Shown one piece after another: positions 55,547 to 64,000 of a DNA stretch of 64,000 nt. The DNA comes from an uncultured Gemmatimonadales bacterium (GTDB lineage Bacteria > Gemmatimonadota > Gemmatimonadetes > Gemmatimonadales > GWC2-71-9): contig CAVZZO010000001.1 in the NCBI GenBank assembly GCA_963779755.1, positions 448,001 through 512,000 of the forward strand. The letters run 5' to 3'. Under the pieces are notes generated by a model. That model did not search any database and had not been told where the DNA came from. It saw only the letters and a program-made list of their open reading frames with translations. The position numbers were made by a program, and so were the translations under genes. Each line of letters begins with the position of its first letter. Positions within the stretch are counted from its first letter, which is position 1.

Positions 55547-58288
55547 ATGGCTGAGATCCTGCCCCGTCTCGAGACCGCTCTGTCCGGCCGCTATACCATC
55601 GAACGCGAGGTGGGCGAGGGCGGCATGGCGACCGTCTATCTGGCCCACGATGTCCGGCACGACCGGAGGGTGGCGGTCAAGGTGCTGCGGCCGGAGCTGG
55701 CTGCGGTCATCGGCGCCGAGCGCTTCCTGGCGGAGATCAAGACCACGGCCAACCTGCAGCATCCCCATATCCTGCCGTTGTTCGACTCGGGGGAGGCGGA
55801 CGGCTTCCTCTTCTACGTCATGCCCTATGTCGAGGGCGAGAGCCTGCGCGACCGGCTGAACCGGGAGAAGCAGCTCCCCATTCCCGATGCGATCCGCATC
55901 GCGGGCGAGGTCGCCTCCGCCCTGGATTACGCCCACCGGCACCATGTGATCCACCGCGACATCAAGCCCGAGAATATCCTGCTGCACGACGGCTCGGCGC
56001 TGGTGGCGGACTTCGGGATCGCGCTGGCGGTGACCAGCGCCAGCGGGACCCGCATGACCGAGACCGGCATGAGCCTGGGGACCCCGTTCTACATGAGCCC
56101 CGAGCAGGCCATGGGGGAGCGGGAGATCACCGCCCGGAGCGACGTCTACGCCCTGGGCGCGGTGCTCTATGAAATGCTGACCGGAGAGCCGCCCTTCACC
56201 GGGCCCACCGCCCAGGCCATCGTGGCCAAGGTAGTAACCGAGGAGCCGCGGCCGCTGCTGCCCAAGCGCCACACCATCCCGCCCAACGTCGAGGCGGCGG
56301 TCCTGACGGCGCTGGAGAAGCTGGCGGCCGACCGCTTCGCCAGCGCGGCGGAGTTTGCCGCCGCCCTGAGTGACGGTTCCTACCGAACCACGTCCGCGAC
56401 CGTGGCCATGCCCTCGGCGCCGCGGCCGGGTGCCAGGCGCGGCTGGCGCAGCTACCTGCCGCTGGGTCTCGCCGCGGCGGCCGGGCTGGTGCTCGGGGCC
56501 GGCCTGCTGTTGGCCTTGCGCCCTTCGCCCGCCCCGCCGCCCACCGCCCGTTACGGGCTGGCCCTGCCCCGGGCTCAGGATCCGGACCCGATCTGGCCCG
56601 TGGTCCCGTCGCCGGATGGTTCCTGGCTCGCATACGTGGGGCCGGCCGAAAAGGGGAGACAGCTCTTCATCAAGCAGCGGGATCGCTATGGGGCGACGCC
56701 GCTCACCGGGACCCTGGGTGTGGTCACGTTCACCTGGTCGCCGGACGGTCAATGGCTGGCCTTCATCTCTGCCGGGCAGCTCCGGAAGATCCCGGTGCAG
56801 GGCGGAGCCGCCATCGCCCTCGCCGATACCACGAGCGGCAACCCGGGCATCGCCTGGTTGGACGACGGGACCATCGTGTTCATCCGCAGCGGCGGTAGCC
56901 GGCTGAAACGGGTTGCCGCCGTGGGGGGCGAGACCACCGATCTCCTGTCTGACAGCACGAGGCGTCAGAGGCCCGCCGGCCAGAGCCCGGGCGCCATCGG
57001 CTGGCCGTCACCGCTCCCGGGCGGCACCGGGGTACTGTTCTCACGCTGTGCAGCGAGTTGCAGCGGCGGCCAGGACCTCTGGGTGCTGGATTTCAAGGCG
57101 GACTCGGCCCACCAGGTGGTCCCGGGTGCCATCGAGGGCTGGTACCTCCCCACCGGGGATCTGCTCTATGTCCGGCGGGACGGCGCTGCCTTCGCTGCTC
57201 CCTTCAGCCTGCATTCTCTGAAGACCACGGGGCCGGCGGTGCCGGTGCTGGACAGCATACTGGTGATCAACGGAAACTATCCTCTCCTGGCAGTGTCGCG
57301 GTCGGGGATGCTGGTGCTGCGCCGGGGTTCTCCTCTGTCGCTGAGCCAGCAGTACCGGGCGGTCTGGGTTGACCGTAAGGGTGTCGAAAGCCCGGTGGAT
57401 TCAGGCTGGACCTTCCGGATGCCCCAGTTTGGGGGTAACTACGGCTGGGCCCTGTCTTCCGACGGGCGCCGGCTCGCCATCGGGCTCAATACCGATGCCG
57501 GTGACGACATCTGGGTCAAGCAACTGCCCCTCGGCCCGCTCTCGCGCGTTTCCTACGACAGCGCATCGGAGTACCGGCCCCGGTGGATGCCGGACGGGAG
57601 AGTCATGTTCGGTTCCAACCGCCCGGGCGAGGGTACGGGCGGGCTCTACGCCCGGCGGGCCGACGGCACCGGGTCGGATTCCCTGATCCTCCGTGCCGCC
57701 TCCGGGGTCTTCGAGGGCCAGTGGTCGCCCGACGGCCGCTGGCTCCTGTTCCGCACCGGGGGCACGATCAACCAGGCCGGCGGGAGAGATATCGTAGGTA
57801 TCCGGCCGGGCGTGGACAGCGTGCCGGTGCCGGTGGTGGTGACGCCGTACGACGAGGAAGCCATCGCGATTTCGCCCAGCGGGCGCTGGCTGGCCTACGA
57901 ATCCAACGAAACAGGGCAGACCGAGATCTTCCTTCGCCCGTTCCCCAACACCCAGAGCGGCAAGCGGCAGATTTCCAACGGAGGCGGGGTGGCGCCGCTC
58001 TGGTCCCGCGACGGCCGGGAGCTGTTCTACATGAGCGCCGGCCGGGATATGATGGCCGTCTCCATGGGGACCGGCGCCGAGCCCGCGATCGGCGCGCCGC
58101 AGAAACTGTTCCATCCGGACGACCAGATCTACATGACCACCACCGAGTTCTATACCCCGTACGACGTCGGCGCCGACGGGCGCTTCATCATGGCGAAGAG
58201 TATAACGCCGCCTTCGAGCGTCGAGTCGCCTCTGATCGTGGCGGAGAACTGGTTCGCAGAGCTCGAGGAGAAGACGGGGAAGCACTGA
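55547..58288 (+). CDS. Ser/Thr kinase + TM + beta-propeller (last gene of the array)
   Basis: Kinase motifs; TM; propeller repeats; ectodomain similar to 38670. Confidence 0.93.
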   Translation: MAEILPRLETALSGRYTIEREVGEGGMATVYLAHDVRHDRRVAVKVLRPELAAVIGAERFLAEIKTTANLQHPHILPLFDSGEADGFLFYVMPYVEGESLRDRLNREKQLPIPDAIRIAGEVASALDYAHRHHVIHRDIKPENILLHDGSALVADFGIALAVTSASGTRMTETGMSLGTPFYMSPEQAMGEREITARSDVYALGAVLYEMLTGEPPFTGPTAQAIVAKVVTEEPRPLLPKRHTIPPNVEAAVLTALEKLAADRFASAAEFAAALSDGSYRTTSATVAMPSAPRPGARRGWRSYLPLGLAAAAGLVLGAGLLLALRPSPAPPPTARYGLALPRAQDPDPIWPVVPSPDGSWLAYVGPAEKGRQLFIKQRDRYGATPLTGTLGVVTFTWSPDGQWLAFISAGQLRKIPVQGGAAIALADTTSGNPGIAWLDDGTIVFIRSGGSRLKRVAAVGGETTDLLSDSTRRQRPAGQSPGAIGWPSPLPGGTGVLFSRCAASCSGGQDLWVLDFKADSAHQVVPGAIEGWYLPTGDLLYVRRDGAAFAAPFSLHSLKTTGPAVPVLDSILVINGNYPLLAVSRSGMLVLRRGSPLSLSQQYRAVWVDRKGVESPVDSGWTFRMPQFGGNYGWALSSDGRRLAIGLNTDAGDDIWVKQLPLGPLSRVSYDSASEYRPRWMPDGRVMFGSNRPGEGTGGLYARRADGTGSDSLILRAASGVFEGQWSPDGRWLLFRTGGTINQAGGRDIVGIRPGVDSVPVPVVVTPYDEEAIAISPSGRWLAYESNETGQTEIFLRPFPNTQSGKRQISNGGGVAPLWSRDGRELFYMSAGRDMMAVSMGTGAEPAIGAPQKLFHPDDQIYMTTTEFYTPYDVGADGRFIMAKSITPPSSVESPLIVAENWFAELEEKTGKH

Positions 58289-58290
58289 GG

Positions 58291-58326
58291 AGGACGGCAG
58301 GACGGTAAGACGGCAGGACGGCAGGA
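58291..58326. repeat. (ARGACGGY)x4, reverse-complement copies of the CTTGCCGT family
   Basis: aggacggc aggacggt aagacggc aggacggc agga immediately after the last kinase stop. Confidence 0.85.
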
Positions 58327-58446
58327 TTGCGGGCAAGGACAGGCTGAAGCCTGCTCTCGGCCGCCGAATCTCTGAGGGGAAGGCTCCTCAGCCGCCACCA
58401 GCGACGCGGTCACGAATCCAGTGCTGCCGCCGAAGACGGCGTGAGC

Positions 58447-60015
58447 TTATCGGCCGGACACCCCGGCCCACCTGCGGACCGGCGCAATCGTCCCGGCCGC
58501 TTCGAACGGCCCGCAGGCATCGTCGCTCACCTCGGCGCTTCCGAGGGCCAGGGTGGCCGCATCGCGGTACGCCACCTGACAGCCGGTGATCCGGGCGTAG
58601 GAGCCGCTGCTGTCGAAGCCGCTGTCGGTGACCACCAGTTCGGTGTGGATCTCCTGGATGCCCTCGCCCGCGACCAGCTCGCCGCCCGCTTCGGACAGCC
58701 CCAGCCAGAACATCTGAGACGGAAAACTGCCCAGCTGGTGGGGCGTGGGACTGGCCGTGCGGACCTCCCAGAGGGTGCCGCCGGTGGATCGCACATCCTG
58801 GGTGTAGCTCTTGCACAGGGCGCGCGGGTCGGTGGTGCCGGGGATGGTGTCGGTAAAGGGGCAGGGGAGCCAGGGACCGGTGGTGGCGGCGGTGGTCGTC
58901 AGCCGGTTCACCGCCACCACGATCCGGCCGCCGCGGGGGTCGAACGCCGGCCGGGCCGAGGCGACATCGCTCGCGGTGGTGAGGGCCGCGGTACACTCAT
59001 AGGGGGTCACGGTGGGCTGGCCGTTGATCACCGTGTCGCGGCGCTCCTGGCGGAAACAGTCGGAGCCGGAGCCGGGATTGACGGATACCGGCAGGCTCGT
59101 GAGCGAGGTCCAGCCCGGGTGGTAGAGGGAGTAGAGCTGGATGTCGAAGGTGGTGGTGCTCCCGGTGGTGCTGCCCAGCACCCGCACGGCGCTGTCGTTG
59201 TCGTGGGAGACGAAGAGCGAGCTGAGATAGGTGCCGCCCCAGAGCGTATCCGGCAGGGTGAAGGGCGGCCCCTCGTGCCAGGAGCGGGAGCCCGCGTCGT
59301 AGAGGAATTCCCGATCGAAGTTCTGCGCTCCCACCAGGTCTATCCGGCGCCCGCCGTGACGCACGTTCACCAGGCCCGCGGCCTCGCCCAGCTCGGCCAG
59401 GACCTCGACCCCGCTGCCCTGGCGGGCCAGGAGCTGGCCATTGGCGGTCCAGACGTGGGTGCCGCAGAGGGGGGTGCCGGGTCGCTCCCGGGAGAGCAGT
59501 GAGAGGGCGCCGTAGGCATCGAGCTGGTAGATGGAATCGGCGCTGGGGAAGCCCGGGACCAAACGCGCCGTCTCTACTTGGCCGGTGGCGGGGTTGAATT
59601 TCGGTTCCCGGGCGCCGCGGACGATGTAGTCCTCGACCTGGGCAGCAGTGAGCGTTGGATCCATGGACCAGAGCAATGCGGCCACACCGGAGACGAACGG
59701 GGCGGCCAGCGAGGTGCCGTTGTCGGCCAGCACTCCTCCGCCCGGGATGAGAGCGCCCACGGATTGGGCGGGAGCCGCAATGGCCGTAGCGCCGAGGAAC
59801 AAGTTGGAGCCGCTCCACCTCTGGCCCTGGGTATCGGTGCCGGCCACGAAGATGATCTGATCCCGGAAACGGGCGAGTTCCGGCGGGGCGCCGCTCTGGA
59901 AGGGGGCGATCAGGGCCTGGAGCAGGCCGAGGTTATCACCTCGGGCGGAGAGGAGGTCGTCCACAGTGAAATCCGAACTACTGTTATCCACCGACTGAAT
60001 AAACAAGTTGCCGGC
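58447..60015 (-). pseudogene. C-terminal part of an S8 (subtilisin-family) protease interrupted by IS256
   Basis: Catalytic Ser motif GTSLAAPFVSGVAALL; continues in frame from the N-terminal part when the IS and one TSD copy are removed. Confidence 0.88.
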
Positions 60016-61389
60016 GGTGCCGTCCCGATTCGTGTAGAAAATTGAAATGGCGTATGCTTCCGGGATGATCGAACCCCGATCCGCCGAAGTGCGGATCTAA
60101 CCCGGAGGCATACGCCATGAGAGAAGTTACGGCCACGGAGCAGGGGTGGGAAGCACTGGTCGGGGCGGACCCGCTGACGGCGGCCCTGCGCGGCGAAGCG
60201 CGGCGCTGGATTGAGCGCATGTTGCACGAGGAATTGGCGGCCGTCTTGGGCAGCGGCCGGCATGAGCGGACCGCCGCCCGGCAGGGATATCGGCACGGCA
60301 CCCGGCGGCGGCGGGTGACGACCAGCCTGGGCCCCGTGGATCTCGCCATCCCGCGAGGGCGGGTGCAGGCGGGCGCCGAGCTGCGGGAATGGCAGAGCGG
60401 GCTGCTGCCGCGGTACGCGCGCCGAGCCCGGGCGGTGGATGCGGCGCTGGTCGGCTTCTACTGCGGGGGCGGCAATCAGCGGCGGCTCGCCCGGGCGCTC
60501 CGCTCGCTGCTGGCCGACGGTCCCGCCTCGCGGAGCACGGTCTCGCGCGTCGTGCGGGGGCTGCGGCAGGGCTACGAGGCGTGGCGCGAGCGCCCCCTGG
60601 GGGAGTTGGGGGTGCAGTATCTCTATCTGGATGCGATCCACCTGCATGTGCGGGTGCTCAAGCGGGTCGAGCCGCTCCCGGTCCAGGTGGCGGTCGGGGT
60701 GCGGCCCGACGGGCAGAAGGTGCTGCTGGATCTCCGGCTCTACGTCGCGGAGAGCGCCGCGGCCTGGGGCGACTTCGTGCGCGGGCTGGTGGAGCGCGGC
60801 CTGGTCGCGCCGGCGCTGGTGATCACCGACGGCAGCAAGGGTCTGCGCCGGGCGCTGAGCGAGATCTGGCCGCAGGCTGCGGTGCAGCGCTGCACGGTGC
60901 ATAAGCTGCGCAACCTGGCGGCCCACTGCCCGCAGCGGCTCTATCCGGCCGTCAAACGCGACTACCACGCCATCGTGTACGCCGCCGATGCGGAGGCGGC
61001 GCGGCGGGCCTGGGGGCGGTTTACCCGCCGCTGGGGCCGGGAGCTCCCGGGGGTGGTGGCGAGCCTGGAGGAGGCGGGCGAGGAGCTGCTCACGTTCTAT
61101 CGCCTGCCGAAGGCGCAGTGGAAGAGCCTGCGCACGACGAATATCGTCGAGCGCGTGCTGGAGGAGGTGCGACGGCGAGTCAAAACGCAGGGATCGCTGC
61201 CCAGCACCGACGCCGTCCTGGTGCTCGGCTACGGTCTGATCGCGACGGGGCAACTGCCCTTGCGGCGGATTGCCGGCTGGCGAACCTTGCCCCGTGTCAG
61301 TAACCGTCAAGCGGCTGCATGAGCGCCTGACACGCTTGGAGGCCCGGAGACAGCGCCCATTGATTTTCTACACAACTCGGGACACGACC
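60016..61389 (+). mobile_element. Complete IS256-family insertion sequence
   Basis: IRL GGTGCCGTCCCGATTCGTGTAGAAAAT; IRR (reverse complement) GGTCGTGTCCCGAGTTGTGTAGAAAAT; 8-bp TSD TTGCCGGC at 60008-60015 and 61390-61397. Confidence 0.95.
60117..61322 (+). CDS. IS256-family (Mutator-type DDE) transposase
   Basis: GYRHG, YLYLDAI, VITDGSKGL, QRCTVHKLRN and LRTTNIVERVLEEVRRR motifs; GGAGG RBS. Confidence 0.95.
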   Translation: MREVTATEQGWEALVGADPLTAALRGEARRWIERMLHEELAAVLGSGRHERTAARQGYRHGTRRRRVTTSLGPVDLAIPRGRVQAGAELREWQSGLLPRYARRARAVDAALVGFYCGGGNQRRLARALRSLLADGPASRSTVSRVVRGLRQGYEAWRERPLGELGVQYLYLDAIHLHVRVLKRVEPLPVQVAVGVRPDGQKVLLDLRLYVAESAAAWGDFVRGLVERGLVAPALVITDGSKGLRRALSEIWPQAAVQRCTVHKLRNLAAHCPQRLYPAVKRDYHAIVYAADAEAARRAWGRFTRRWGRELPGVVASLEEAGEELLTFYRLPKAQWKSLRTTNIVERVLEEVRRRVKTQGSLPSTDAVLVLGYGLIATGQLPLRRIAGWRTLPRVSNRQAAA

Positions 61390-62918
61390 TTGCCGGCTGC
61401 CAGGTAGTCATAGAGGGCTATCTTCAGCAGCTTCAGTTCGTCTGGGTCTGTGCTTCCGACAGCAGCGGAACTGTGGAGAATTCGTACACCGCTGGTCCAG
61501 GCAAGTGGAAGAAGCCGATCGGCGAAGTAGAATGAAAGGTCCTCCGGGATCTCGTTTCCGCCCCGGCCATAGGAAAAAAGATCGAGGTTCGCCCCCCAAA
61601 TGACACCGGCGATCCCTCCTTTGTTGTTCCCATCGGCAGCCAGAATAGACGCGACTTCGGTTCCATGCCTAAGCCCGACATCGGTGGTGTAGATGCTTGG
61701 GGCAGGAATGAGAGGTATCGCCTCAGGTTCGATTAGCGTGGCCGAGGGAAAGTCCTCCGAAGAACCATCGAAATAAAAATCGATCACGCCCACGTTCGCG
61801 CGATCAGGGGTGTATGTTCCCGTCTCACAACCCCATGCAAGGGGAGCACGTATTGCCAGACGGGAACGGGTTATGCTCGTTGGGGTTATCCAGTCATCAT
61901 GGCCAGCCCCGGGGCCATCTACAGGATAGCGGGTATGAAAGGTGATCCCGCTACGGCGACTCACCGGCGACGCGTAGGTTACGCCGGGTTCTTGATCATT
62001 CAAGCGGCGCTTGAGAGCCTCATAGGCCTCCCAGCTGGATCCTGGATCGGGAACGCGCACGATGTACGCTCTGGCATTCGAGAGACCCCCGATAATTTCC
62101 GCGTGGTAGCCTTGGAATAATTGTCGAATCGTCTTTCCACTGGTGGAGTCATCGAATCGAATGGCGAAAATGTTCCGGTAAAATACGGTCGCAGTGTCCC
62201 ATGGAGGTGAGATCACAATTGTAGTATCACGTGGGAAAGTTCCCGTGGGCGGAATTGCCGGCCGGCTGGTATCCGCATCGGCCGCTTCGGCATAGAGTAC
62301 CAGCTGGAATCGCAGCACCCCGGAATGCACCGCCAGCTCCAGCCAGCGAACCTGTGACGTCGCGCCAGCCGCCAGCTCATCTCTGGGCGGCTGGGCCGCC
62401 AGCAGCGTGTCGTAGCGCCACAGCACCGCGCCCGGCAGGCGCGGATCGGTGGCATCGAGAGCGGAGTCTGGATTCACGAAGTTGAGGTAGTCCGCGGTCC
62501 ACTCATTTTGCGCCAGGCCGGGCGCTTCCAGCACGGTCAGGCTGTCTTCCCAGCCGTAAAGCCGGGCGGGCGCGCGGAAGGGCTGCGAGGTCTGGTTGGC
62601 CAGGGCCAGGGGAAGTCGCACCCGGTCGGCTGGGCCGTCATAGACCGGGGTCCCCACCAGCACGGGCCGCATGCCGCCGCAGGCAGCGCCCGAGGCCGTC
62701 ACGAAGGCGCTGTCGTCGTCTATGGTGATGGTCTCCTTGCCCCGGACCTCGACCTCGAACCGGGCACAGCCCTGCTGGGCCACCGGATACACCGGGCCGA
62801 GCGGTTTCTGGAGGGCCGTCCCTGGTGTCCCACGGCAGGCAAGGAGGGAGCAGAGGAGCAAGAGGATGCACGGCTCGAGGGAGCGGTCGGGCAAACGCCG
62901 CGTTGGCGCCACAGGCAT
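61390..62918 (-). pseudogene. N-terminal part of the S8 protease (putative lipoprotein)
   Basis: Hydrophobic ILLLLCSLLAC lipobox-like start; catalytic Asp (VGVIDF) and His (HGTEVASILAA); cut by the IS at YLAAG. Start position uncertain. Confidence 0.82.
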
Positions 62919-63066
62919 TTCCGGGGAGAGGTGGGCCGGCGACCGATCCAGGGACACCTGCTCTACTGGAGTGAGCCTACCGCCGGGAACGCGGCTGTCA
63001 AGATCCGGTGAGAGAAGAGGTGGTAGGGGAGAAGGCGCCGCCAAGATCGAAACCTATGATCCGGTT

Positions 63067-63139
63067 CCCTCTTCCCAACAGGGAAGGGGGTCAGGGGGTT
63101 ACGCCCTCACGGGGTTGTCAGGCCCTCACGGGGTTGTCA
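63067..63139. repeat. Palindromic-element variant plus 18-bp direct repeat in a divergent promoter region
   Basis: CCCTCTTCCC-aaca-GGGAAGGGGGTCAGGGGGTTA, then GCCCTCACGGGGTTGTCA at 63103-63120 and 63122-63139. Confidence 0.7.
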
Positions 63140-63205
63140 AGAACGTGCATGGAGCCCAACATGGCTCTGGGCAAATACGATATCCTGTTCCGCAGGAGGC
63201 CAGTG

Positions 63206-64000
63206 ATGCGTAGGTCGGGAGGGTTCGTCCGGCTTGCCGGTGCGGCCGTGTTCTGCTGTGCGGGGTTCTGCGCGCCAGGCCGGCTCGGTGCCCAGGATGC
63301 CGGATCGGGCCAGAGTCTGGTCATCCGCGGCGGGACCCTGATCGACGGCACGGGAGCCGCGCCGGTGGCTGATGCGGTGGTGGTCCTCCGCGGCGGACGG
63401 ATCGCGGCCGTCGGGAAGGCCGGCACCGTTCAGGCGCCCGCGGGCGCCCGCGTGATCGATGCCCGGGGCAAGTGGATCATTCCGGGTCTGGTGGATGCCC
63501 ACGTGCACTACAGCCAGACCGGCTGGTTCGACGGGCGGCCCGACGCGGCAGACGTGCGGGCGCAGTATCCCTATCCTCAGGTCGTCGCCTCCCTGCGGAA
63601 CCATGTGGACCGCTTCTTCCGGGCCGACCTGTGCTCCGGCGTCACCGCCACCTTCGACGTGGGCGGCTATCCCTGGACCCGCGCACTGCAGGCGCGCGGT
63701 GAAGAAGATGCATTCGCCCCGCATGTCGCCGCCGCCGGCGCCCTGCTCTCCACGGTGGACTTCTGGCTCAACCTGCCGGATGAGCGCCAGTTCGTCTTCA
63801 TGGCCTCCGACAGCGCGGTGCGTGCCGAGGTCCGTTCCCATGCCGCGCTCGGCTCAGCCGCCATCAAGGTGTGGTACATCGTGCCCCGCTCCTGGACCAG
63901 CGCGGACAGCGCGCATTACAGCGCGCTGGTGCATCTGGCAGGAACGATGGCGGACAGTGTGGGCCTGCCGCTCATCGTGCATGCGACCGGGCTGTGGGAA
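63206..64000 (+). CDS. Secreted amidohydrolase-family protein (partial, runs off the window)
   Basis: AGGAGG RBS; signal-like N-terminus; LVIRGGTLIDGTG...IDARGKWIIPGLVDAHVH metal-binding HxH. Missing from the ORF track because there is no stop in the window. Confidence 0.9.
   Translation, partial: MRRSGGFVRLAGAAVFCCAGFCAPGRLGAQDAGSGQSLVIRGGTLIDGTGAAPVADAVVVLRGGRIAAVGKAGTVQAPAGARVIDARGKWIIPGLVDAHVHYSQTGWFDGRPDAADVRAQYPYPQVVASLRNHVDRFFRADLCSGVTATFDVGGYPWTRALQARGEEDAFAPHVAAAGALLSTVDFWLNLPDERQFVFMASDSAVRAEVRSHAALGSAAIKVWYIVPRSWTSADSAHYSALVHLAGTMADSVGLPLIVHATGLWE

Noticed and set aside
115..58336. Many long minus-strand and alternate-frame ORFs over the kinases (e.g. 115..2439, 18498..21344, 52652..55420)
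   Set aside because: Antisense shadows typical of high-GC coding DNA; their mutual similarity only mirrors the conserved kinase sequence.
1..64000. tRNA or rRNA genes
   Set aside because: No cloverleaf or rRNA-like sequence recognised in the short intergenic regions.

Overview
High-GC bacterial window, probably Gemmatimonadota; this is inferred from the kinase N-terminal signature ALADRYxIERELGxGGMATVYLAxDLKHxRxVAIK. It is dominated by a dense tandem array of Hanks-type Ser/Thr protein kinases: 17 apparently intact genes, the 3' end of another probable member at the left edge, one frameshifted and truncated copy, and at least six short gene-end remnants. Nearly all combine a very similar N-terminal kinase, one TM helix and a highly divergent C-terminal domain (TolB/PD40-like beta-propeller, TolB-N-like plus TPR, or FGE-sulfatase plus alpha/beta-hydrolase), which resembles a constant-signalling, variable-sensor receptor repertoire. 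Several signs point to turnover: a 140-bp perfectly identical tract between kinase domains, a decayed duplicate of a gene pair, deletion scars that keep only gene ends, variable-copy octamer repeats just upstream of kinase RBSs, and palindromic or tandem repeats inserted in frame in one kinase loop. Interspersed cargo comprises a GH43, a multicopper oxidase preceded by a 23-aa Cys-rich metallothionein-like peptide, AraC, an eroded hybrid two-component locus, and TetR with SnoaL-YHS. At the right end are an S8 protease split by a complete IS256 (8-bp TSD) and the start of an amidohydrolase. All domain calls come from motif recognition, not database searches. Some rearrangements could be assembly artefacts.
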